Assembly: GCA_016717115.1 (NCBI GenBank)
Contig: JADKGE010000001.1
Coordinates: forward strand, 573,598 to 637,597
Length of the DNA stretch: 64,000 nt
Source: Actinomycetota bacterium
GTDB taxonomy: Bacteria; Actinomycetota; Actinomycetes; S36-B12
Direction of reading: 5' to 3'
Each line of letters starts with the position of its first letter. Positions within the stretch are counted from its first letter, which is position 1. Both the position numbers and the translations under genes were made by a program. Below the pieces are notes generated by a model that was not told the DNA's origin, made no database searches, and saw only the letters and a list, made by a program, of their open reading frames with translations. Positions 8,902 to 16,932 of the stretch are shown here, piece by piece.

Positions 8902-10032
8902 CTAGACCCGGCGGCCCCGCTGCGCTGCGATGGCGTCGGCGATGCTCCTGGCCTCGATGCCGATCTCCTCAGCATCCCGGTGGGCGAGACGTGGAAGCCG
9001 CAGTAGTACAGGCCGGGGGCGGCGGACTCGACCCCTGTCGTGAGTGGGGTGCCGGCCGCGTCGTAGGTCGCGGGATCGGGCACGAACTCGTCCACCCGTG
9101 GCCGGTACCCCGTCGCCAGGATCACGGCGTCGAACTGGGCCGTGGCGCCGTCGTCGAACACGACACCGTCCGTCGTGAACCGCTCGACGCCCCCGTGAAC
9201 CGTGACGTCCCCCGACCTGATCAGCTTCATGGTGCCGATGTCGATCAAGGGGATGTGCTTGTCCTTCTCTATCTGGGTGGCGGGACCGTACGGGAGCTTG
9301 CGAAGGCCCACCTTCGTGATGTCGCCCACGGTCATGCGCAGCACCGGCGCGTTCATCGCGTCGGCCACGGCCGACGGCAGGCGTCGCTGCGCGATGCCGA
9401 TCGTCAGGATCGGCAGGCCCAGCACCTCCTTCGGGATGACGTTGACCGCGCTGCGGACGGAGAGGGCGGGATGCGCCCCATGCTCATGCAGGTCGATCGC
9501 GATCTCACCTCCGGAGTTGCCGAATCCCACGACGAGCACCCGCTGACCGGCATACTCGCGTCCGTTGCGATAGTCGCTGCAGTGCTCGACGCGGCCGCGG
9601 AAGTCGTCCACCCCGGGCCAGGTCGGCACCACAGGGATCCGGGCGTTGCCGGTGGCGACGACGACGTGGGTTGTCTCGAACGCGTCGACTGGCGTCCGGA
9701 CGCGCCAACCCGCCTCACCGCGCTCGATGGAGGTGACCCGCTGCTCCAAGCGGATGTCCAGGGCGAACCCGCGCGCATACGCGTCGAGGTAGTTCACGAG
9801 CTCGTCCCGCGACACGTACCGGGGACTGCCCTTGGGCAGCGGCACGAACGGCAATGCGGAGTGCCCCTTGTCCGTGTGCAGGTGCAGGCGGTCGTAGTGG
9901 CGGCGCCACGTCGATCCAACAGTGTCTGCCTGCTCGAGGATCACCGACTCCAGCCCTGCCCCTTCGCAGGCACGCGGCCACGGCGAGGCCCGCCGGCCCG
10001 GCGCCGACGACGACGATGGGAGGCGCGGGCAT
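8902..10032 (-). pseudogene. flavin-containing monooxygenase-like FAD/NAD(P)-binding oxidoreductase, two frameshifts
   Basis: The N-terminus MPAPPIVVVGAGPAGLAVAACL carries GxGxxG and starts at ATG 10032. The body lies in the frame of ORF 8805-10346 (VVGFGNSGGEIAIDL, ATGYRP). The C-terminal EIGIEARSIADAIAAQRGRRV* is back in the first frame. Confidence 0.7.
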
Positions 10033-10128
10033 GCGGGCAGTGTAGGCGGCGTGCTGTGATCGTTGACAGCAATTCGCCGTCGCCTCACACTGACGATGCA
10101 TCTCGCTGGGGGCGAAGGGAGTTCGCGT

Positions 10129-11790
10129 ATGCCCGCCGTCGGATTCCCCATGGCGGATTTCGCGACGAGCCGTCGCATGATGACCGCTCTGGCAGAGGGT
10201 CCCTTCACGCAGCTGGAGGGCGAGCCGCTGACGACGTCGTTGTCGGTGCCGTGGGAGCGGCTTCTGCCCGGGCCGGTCGGCAGCCGCTTCAGCACCGACG
10301 TCGGGGGTCCGGGGCGACCTCGTGCTCGCCCGCTCGTGCTCGACACCGAGTTCGAGTCCGTCTCCTACGACGATGTCGGTTGCCCGAGCGGCCTGGAGGA
10401 CCTGCTGGGGGACCGTCGCTTCCTGGCGCAGCACGCGTACGCCATCGCGGCATCGACCCTCGACCTCTTCGAATCGACGATGGGCCGACGCCTGGGCTGG
10501 AAGGCGCGAGGCCACCGCCTGGCGCTCAAGCTGTACGAGCCGATCCCGTTCGACGAGACCGGCTACGACGGGCAGCGGTGCGAGATCCGGTTCGGGCATC
10601 GCAAGGACCCTCGCGCTCGTCGGCACGTCCCCCTGGCCCTCTATCGCGATCTGATCACCCACGAGGTGACGCATGCGATCATCGACGGCTACCGGCCCCA
10701 CCTCGCCGACCCCGACGGCACTCTCGACGAGCACGCCATCCACGAGGCCGTCGCGGACGTGGTCGCGATGCTGTCGGTGTTCTCCTCGACCGAGCGGGTC
10801 GCCGAGCAGCTGAACGCGGCCCAGGCCACGGCGGAGGAGGGAATCTCCGACGACGCCCTGGTGCAGACCGGCCTGTTCGGAGTCGCCGACGGCCTGCTCA
10901 CACGTCAGGCACTTCGCCGTTCGGTGACCGACCGCGTGCCGCCCGACTGGCGGTCGGAGCGGGAGCCCCATCGCCGCGGCGCCGTCCTCGTCAAGGGCCT
11001 GATGGACACCGTGCTCACCTTGTGGCAGACGCGCATGGCTCGCCCGGGCGGTCGGGCGAGCGAGTACCAGATCGCCGACTCCGGGGCGAGGGTCGGGCGT
11101 CAGGTGCTCGCCATGCTCATTCGCGGGATCAGCTACACCCCCCCGATCGACGTCACCTTCGACGACATCCTTCGCGGCATCCTCGCGGCCGACGCGGTCG
11201 TCGTGCCCGACGACGATCATGACTACCGCGGAACGCTGCGCGCCGCCTTCGGACCGCTGGGGATCACGGCTCCGGACGACGATCTCGACGGCCTGTCCGG
11301 GCTGCGCGATCTGCACTACCCGGTGCGGCTGTCCTCCCTGGCGTCCGACCCCGAAGAGGTCTACCGGTTCCTGTGGGAGAACCCCGCCATGCTGCGCGCG
11401 GCCGCGATCGATCCTGACATCCCCCTGGTCGTCGAGCGTGTTCGGCCGAGCATGCGGGTGGGTCCTGATGGCTTCATCGTCTCCGAGATCGGTGCGAGCT
11501 TCGTCCAACAGGTGCCGATGAGCGCCTACGACGCCCGCCGGCGGCTGGGGCTGCGGGTGAAGGGCAACATCGTCCTGCGCGGCGGCGGGCTCATCCGTTT
11601 CAACGAGGGTGGGCGGCTGGCCTTCGCGGCCATCAAGCCAGTGCTCGACGCGGAACGCCAGCAGGCACGGCTCGACGAGGCGGCCGGGCCGTCGATGCTC
11701 GGGGTCGACGCGGCCGATGTGGCCACGCGCCGCGCCGGCGTGTTCAGCGAGATGCACGCATCGGCGCGGCGACTGGCCGACGACAGGTAG
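10129..11790 (+). CDS. cytoplasmic thermolysin-like (HExxH...E) putative zinc metalloprotease, 553 aa, unassigned family
   Basis: SD GAAGGGA precedes ATG at 10129. The motif HEVTHAIIDG is followed about 24 residues later by IHEAVADVVA, which resembles the thermolysin HExxH / NEAxSD arrangement. There is no signal peptide. The intact frame ends 4 nt before the convergent caspase gene. Confidence 0.6.
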   Translation: MPAVGFPMADFATSRRMMTALAEGPFTQLEGEPLTTSLSVPWERLLPGPVGSRFSTDVGGPGRPRARPLVLDTEFESVSYDDVGCPSGLEDLLGDRRFLAQHAYAIAASTLDLFESTMGRRLGWKARGHRLALKLYEPIPFDETGYDGQRCEIRFGHRKDPRARRHVPLALYRDLITHEVTHAIIDGYRPHLADPDGTLDEHAIHEAVADVVAMLSVFSSTERVAEQLNAAQATAEEGISDDALVQTGLFGVADGLLTRQALRRSVTDRVPPDWRSEREPHRRGAVLVKGLMDTVLTLWQTRMARPGGRASEYQIADSGARVGRQVLAMLIRGISYTPPIDVTFDDILRGILAADAVVVPDDDHDYRGTLRAAFGPLGITAPDDDLDGLSGLRDLHYPVRLSSLASDPEEVYRFLWENPAMLRAAAIDPDIPLVVERVRPSMRVGPDGFIVSEIGASFVQQVPMSAYDARRRLGLRVKGNIVLRGGGLIRFNEGGRLAFAAIKPVLDAERQQARLDEAAGPSMLGVDAADVATRRAGVFSEMHASARRLADDR

Positions 11791-11794
11791 CGAC

Positions 11795-12636
11795 CTAGTG
11801 CCCCAGGGGTCGCTTCTTGGTCGCGGACGGAGCCTCGAGCTGCGGGATCTGGGAGAAGCGGTCGGCCTTGAGCCCGGCCCGAACGGCGGTCAGCAGCTCT
11901 GCGCGCGTCGCATCCGGCTTCGCCTTGAGCGCCTTCAGGAGGTTGTACGTGAAGGCTCCGCTCGATCGACCGTTGAAGCTCGCGTCGGACGACGTCTGCG
12001 CGGCCTTGCAGGCGGCGAACAGCACCGGCTCCTGGACGGCGATCCCCCTCTTGCGCCGGAAGAACTTGTCGCCGAGCTGCACCACTTCGCGCTCCGCTAC
12101 GCCGTCTACGCCGATCGGCGTCGGTGGCGGCAGGAACTTTGGCCGCCGGCCCTGGAGGATGTCCATCGCCTTCAGCCCCGTCCCGCTGTGGCACGTGTCG
12201 AGGAAGGCCTCCACCAGCACATCCGCCGGTACCCGCGCGAAGAGCGCATGCAGCTCGTCGTCGACGATCACCGTGTCGAGATCCCACGCGTCCCCGTCGG
12301 GGCGAGGTCGTAGGCCACGAGCGCCTCGTCTGCGCGATCGAGCTCGTCGCCATTGGCGTCGGGCACCTGCGTGCCGTGGCTCGAGTAGGTGAAGACGATG
12401 TGCTTGACCTTGCCGGCGACCGCGAGGTCGACGATCGCGTTGAGCCGGGCCATGATCGCCGCCTTCGTCGCCTTGTCGTCCGTCAGCGTGACGACATCTC
12501 GCGACCCGAACCCGTAGCTCTTCCGCAGCAGCGACGCCATGTCCCTGGCGTCGTTGACGCAGCCGTAAAGCCAGCTCGCCATCGGCAGGTTGGCGAACTG
12601 GTTGATGCCGACGCAGAGCGCCCGACGATCGGTCAT
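11795..12636 (-). pseudogene. metacaspase-like peptidase C14 protein, one frameshift
   Basis: SD GAAGGGA precedes ATG at 12636. The N-terminus reads ALCVGINQF..LYGCVNDARDM and the catalytic His lies in FTYSSHG. After the frame change near 12300 the sequence reads WDLDTVIVDDELHALF, with the catalytic Cys in LDTCHSGTG. The length is 842 nt. Confidence 0.75.
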
Positions 12637-12659
12637 GACTGTTCCCTTCGTGGTGCGTG

Positions 12660-13515
12660 TCAGATGCGGAACGCCGGCGCGGGAGAGGAACCTCCGGTTG
12701 GCGGGGGCCAACGGTGTAGTAGTTGGGGGTCTGCGACGGGGCATCTGCGCGCTCGTCAACTCCCGGAGCGACTTGAGCGAACCGCTGAAGGCGCCGTCGT
12801 GCCATACCTTGAGCAGCTGCGCGGTGAAGAGGCTGTTCACCCGGCCATCGAGGCTCTCCTGGTTGTCCTGGCAGCCCGAGACGAGGGCGATGGTCGCCGT
12901 CACGTCGGCCTTGGTGCGCGGGAGCACCCGGCTCTGGATGGCGTCGTACGTGCGCCGGTGGGACTTGTAGGTTCGCTCCTCCACGTCGAGAGGCATGCGC
13001 TTGCTGCGCACCTTGGCTGTCGCCAAGGGTCGCGGAATCGCCCAGGGTGGCGGTGCCCCTTGGAGACCGTGCCGCTGTGGCACGAGTCCGAGAGCATGAC
13101 GATCCGCGACTTCGCCGGGAACAGGGACCACAGCGCCCAGAGCTCGTCATCGACGAGCATCCGGTCGTACAGCACCCACGTCTCGTCGTACTGGTCGGCC
13201 GACTCGCCGACCTCGCCGCTCGCGACTCGCCTCGTCGCCGTTGCGGTCGGGCACCTGCGAACCGTGCCCCGAGTAGGTCAGCCAGAAGATGTCGCCCGCG
13301 ACCATCGACGCGGCCGCCTTGGTGATCGCCGCGACCACCTTTCGGGACGTCGCCGCCTCGGTGAGGAGCAACGACGTGGAGTAGCCGAGCGACTGCGCGA
13401 CGGACTGCATGGCGCGGGCGTCGTTCTCGCAGGCGCTCAGCGTGCCTGGCCAGCCGCCGTACGACGCCGGATTGACCCGATTCAGTCCGCCGTGAAGGGA
13501 GTAGCCGTTCGCCAT
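12660..13515 (-). pseudogene. caspase-family (peptidase C14) protein, at least 5 frame disruptions
   Basis: SD AGGAGC precedes ATG at 13515. Frame 0 reads YSLHGGLNRVNPASYGGWPGTLSACENDARAM and LTYSGHG. Another frame reads YDRMLVDDELWALW and MLSDSCHSGT. Back in frame 0 the sequence reads IALVSGCQDNQESLDGRVNSLFTAQLLKVW. The C-terminal pieces QTPNYYTVG and PAFRI* lie in two further frames. Confidence 0.7.
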
Positions 13516-13547
13516 GGTGCTCCTGACGCTCAAAGGGGAGTGGCTCG

Positions 13548-14953
13548 TCAGCGACGGCGCTTGCGCGAGTCGAGGACGGTGATCAGGTCAGAGACGGGCG
13601 TCATGGCCGCCGAATCGTCGGCGGCTACCACCTCGAGTCGGTAGACGCCCTCGGCGAGGGGCGGCACGGTGGAGCGGAAGGAGCCGTCGGCCCGACGACG
13701 CATCGTGCGCCTACGCACGACTCGACCCGTGGCCACGTCGACCAGCGTGGCGCGCGCCGACGCGGCCGGACCCACCGTCGAGGCCACGATGTCCAGCTCC
13801 TGCCGGGCGCTGAGCACGGTAGGAGCATCCAGCGAGAAACTGTTGAAGGGTGCATCCTTGTACTGGCTCAGGCGCTTGCGCGTGACGGTGCCGACGACAT
13901 GGGACAGCGCCGCCTCGGCGTTCTGGAGCGAGCCGTGCTTCGTCGACACATAGGTCTCGCGCGGGGTGTCGGACAGCTCGATCGGGGTGGCCGAGACGCG
14001 GGGCACGGTGCCGTCGCCGCCCATGTCCTCGCCGCCCAGGCTCGTGAACATCGTGACCTTGTTGCCGACCAGCCGCGCCGACTGGTCCGTCGGCTGGAAG
14101 ATGCCGACGATCGGCGTGATCTGGTAGCCGCCGTCGCGATAGGCGGACTGTGCCTGATGAGCCGTGACCGCCGCCTCGATATCGCGATGGAAGCGCAGGG
14201 CGTCGGCGGCCTTGGCCTTGTCGATCCCGGGGAGCGACGCCTCACCCGGCCGGACGAGGTGCCGCCCATCTCGACCGACGGATAGATGGGCAGCAGCTGG
14301 TGCATCGACGGGAAGGAGCGCAGGAGCCCACTGAGGTCGACCGAGATGGGGCCGAAACCCTTGTCCATCCCGTTGACGAGGGTCGTGACCGCATTCAGCG
14401 ACCCGCGATACGGCGTGCCGAACGTGATGAGGTGCCGCGTGATCTTCCAGCCGTCATGCCGCTCGAGGAAGTCGCGCGCGACGAGACCGCCCATCGAGTG
14501 GGCGAGGAGGACGAGCTTGGCGTCCTGGTTCCCGCTCGCCTTCTTCCAGGCCGCGAGCCACTTGGGTGCGCGATCGGCAAGCTGACGGCCGTGGACCCGG
14601 TTGTCGCGCCGCCAGTCATACGGGTAGTCGAACCAGTTCTTGCCCTCCTCGAGGGTGAGCTCGGCGAACAGGCGGGTCTTGATCTGCGTGTAGCCGTCGA
14701 TGGCCCACAGCCCGGGGATGAGATGCAGGTCCTGGACGAGGCGCGGCGCGGTGACACCGTCGCCGAGGTCGTCCTTCGACGGATCGTCCTTGCCCCGGAT
14801 CTCGAGGTCCTTGATGCTCCCGCCCAGGGTGAACAGCGCCGAGATCGCGGACTGCGGAGTGATGGCCCACACGTCCTTGCCGTTCTTCTGGAGCACGCTG
14901 CCGGTGATGCCGGGCAGCAGGATGATCAGATCACCGAACTTGCGTCGTGCCAT
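13548..14953 (-). pseudogene. LCAT/PGAP1-like alpha/beta-hydrolase (putative lipase/acyltransferase), one frameshift
   Basis: SD GAGGAGG precedes ATG at 14953. Motifs are FDYPYDWRRD, the nucleophile elbow LLAHSMGGLVA, and FGTPYRGS. After the frame change near 14265 the sequence reads GDGTVPRVSA and KHGSLQN. The C-terminal section of about 100 aa looks like a beta-sandwich. The length is 1406 nt. Confidence 0.7.
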
Positions 14954-14962
14954 GAGTCCTCC

Positions 14963-16111
14963 TCATTCCGCTTGCTGCAACTCGCGACGCTCGGCGGTGC
15001 CGACGTCCCCGTAGAAGACCGCGCCGAGGCCGGCGAGATCGGCCCGGCCCCATAGCTCCTGCATCGTGGCCCGTCTGGCCTCGAGTACCGCCCGACCGAC
15101 GTTCTCCTGGTCCACGAGGGCCCCGTAGAACGTCTCGACGAAGAGTGCGGCGGCGCGGACGGTCACCGGCCAGCCGAACCCCAGGCAGCCGCTGGCTCCC
15201 GCCGAAAGGAAGGCCGCCGCGACGCCGTTGCCGCCGCCACGAGGGGTGGCCAGGCGTCTGTCGGGAGCGGACCTCGCGCTCCAGCAGGCGCTCGTGATGG
15301 CCAAGTACGGCGGCTTCTGCCACGGCAGATCGACAATGCTGCGGGTGAGCAGCGGGCCGTCTGCCAGCTGGAGCCCGCTCAGACCCGGTCGCCCGGGCAG
15401 GAAGCCCCCATGCCCGGAGAAGTGAAGGACGTCGTAGGCAGTCGCGGCGACGTGCCCGGCGAGGGACGCGTGCGTCGCGGCGTCGCCCTCGAGGACGTCG
15501 AGTCGCAGGTATCCCATCTCGCCGAGCCGCCGCAGTGCCGCGAGCTCCGAGTCGACGTCGCTGAGATCCCTGGACGGGTCGACCACCGCCAGGACGGCGA
15601 TTGTCGTGTCCTCGTCGCGGGGGTCACGTTCGGGCCGTGGCCGCGTGCGCGTCGTAACGATCCGGCCGACCGGCCACTTGAGCACGAGCGGCCCCTCGGT
15701 GTCCGCCATCAGCTCCCACGGCAGGTTCAGGGCCGTCTCGTCCGCGTCGATCATCAGTGCCGTCGGCTCGTGCTCTGCGAGGTAGTCACTGCCGGAGGCG
15801 CCGAGGAACGTGTCGTACAGCCGTCGTCCCAGACGGGTCGCCACCCGCGTGGCCTCCTTCGGGTCCGAGCGAAGGCCCTGCGACCAGTCGTCCAGCACGA
15901 CCAGATCGGCTTCGATCGCTCGCTGAGCGGGGCCCTTCAAGGCGATGTCGCGCCGCCAGGTGACGGGGGTTCCCTCCTCGTGCATGCGGACGGAGAAGTG
16001 CTGGGTCTGCTCGGTTTTCAGGGCGTCGGATGCGGCGCGCGCAACGCTGATCGTGACGACGCGCGGCATCGTGGTGCCGGTCTCGCGTCGGTATCGACCC
16101 AGGAACGCCAT
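14963..16111 (-). CDS. CHAT-domain protease (clan CD), 382 aa
   Basis: SD GGAGA lies 7 nt before ATG at 16111, which is internal to ORF 14963-16261. Motifs are LPWELM, the catalytic His in VLHFSGHGG and the Cys in LAITSACWS. About 150 aa at the N-terminus are unassigned. Confidence 0.8.
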   Translation of the reverse strand: MAFLGRYRRETGTTMPRVVTISVARAASDALKTEQTQHFSVRMHEEGTPVTWRRDIALKGPAQRAIEADLVVLDDWSQGLRSDPKEATRVATRLGRRLYDTFLGASGSDYLAEHEPTALMIDADETALNLPWELMADTEGPLVLKWPVGRIVTTRTRPRPERDPRDEDTTIAVLAVVDPSRDLSDVDSELAALRRLGEMGYLRLDVLEGDAATHASLAGHVAATAYDVLHFSGHGGFLPGRPGLSGLQLADGPLLTRSIVDLPWQKPPYLAITSACWSARSAPDRRLATPRGGGNGVAAAFLSAGASGCLGFGWPVTVRAAALFVETFYGALVDQENVGRAVLEARRATMQELWGRADLAGLGAVFYGDVGTAERRELQQAE

Positions 16112-16268
16112 CGTCTCGTCTCCGGACTCGGGGTACGAATGTGCTTGGCAGCGTAAGGCCTGTCGAGTCGCTGCGGAAGAGCCCGCGCCGGGGTGCGAGA
16201 TCACCCGATCCACCGCCCGTCCGGCGACCGCGGTGGCACACTGATGGTCCACAGCGAGCACCTAGGGG

Positions 16269-16907
16269 ATGCAGATGGATCCGAACAGCACTGCCGTCGT
16301 ACTCGTCGAGTTCCAGAACGACTTCACCAGCGAGGGCGGCACGCTGCACGGTGCCGTGAAAGAGGTCATGGACCAGACGAGCATGCTCGACAACACTCAC
16401 AAGGCCGTGGCGGCGGCACGCGCGGCAGGGGCGACGATCGTCCATGCGCCCATCCAGTTCGCCGAGGGCTACAACGAGATCACGTCCACCCCGTACGGCA
16501 TCCTCAAGGGAGTCGTCGACTCCAACTCGTTCGTCAAGGGCTCGTGGGGAGCTCAGATCATCGATGAGCTCGCGCCGGAGGACGGCGACATCGTCCTCGA
16601 GGGCAAGCGCGGGCTCGACGCGTTCGCGAGCACCAATCTCGACTTCATCCTGCGCAGCAAGGGCATCAAGACGGTCGTCCTCGGCGGCTTCCTCACCAAT
16701 TGCTGCGTCGAGTCGACGATGCGATCGGCCTACGAGAAGGGCTTCGAGGTGGTCACGCTCACCGACTGCGTCGGCGCGACCAGCCCAGAGGAGCATGCCA
16801 ATGCCATCACCTATGACTACCCGATGTTCTCCAAGCCGATGACGGCGACCGAGTTCGCGGAGACGCTCGCAGGTGCGGAAGTGGACGACGCCTCGCGCGG
16901 CTACTGA
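16269..16907 (+). CDS. isochorismatase-family cysteine hydrolase
   Basis: Family-typical sequences are AVVLVEFQNDF, KRGLDAFASTNLDFILRSKGIKTVVLGGFLTNCCVESTMR, and the catalytic Cys context. Confidence 0.85.
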   Translation: MQMDPNSTAVVLVEFQNDFTSEGGTLHGAVKEVMDQTSMLDNTHKAVAAARAAGATIVHAPIQFAEGYNEITSTPYGILKGVVDSNSFVKGSWGAQIIDELAPEDGDIVLEGKRGLDAFASTNLDFILRSKGIKTVVLGGFLTNCCVESTMRSAYEKGFEVVTLTDCVGATSPEEHANAITYDYPMFSKPMTATEFAETLAGAEVDDASRGY

Positions 16908-16932
16908 TCTCGGAGCCGTCTAGGTTGGGGGA

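Noticed and set aside
10129-16261. I looked for a gasdermin, SAVED/cyclase, STAND NTPase or TPR/WD40 sensor gene to place the protease cluster in a known system.
   Set aside because: I recognised none. The flanking genes are an FMO-like oxidoreductase and an isochorismatase-family hydrolase. The extended N-terminus of ORF 14963-16261 upstream of the SD-preceded ATG at 16111 has no domain-like sequence.
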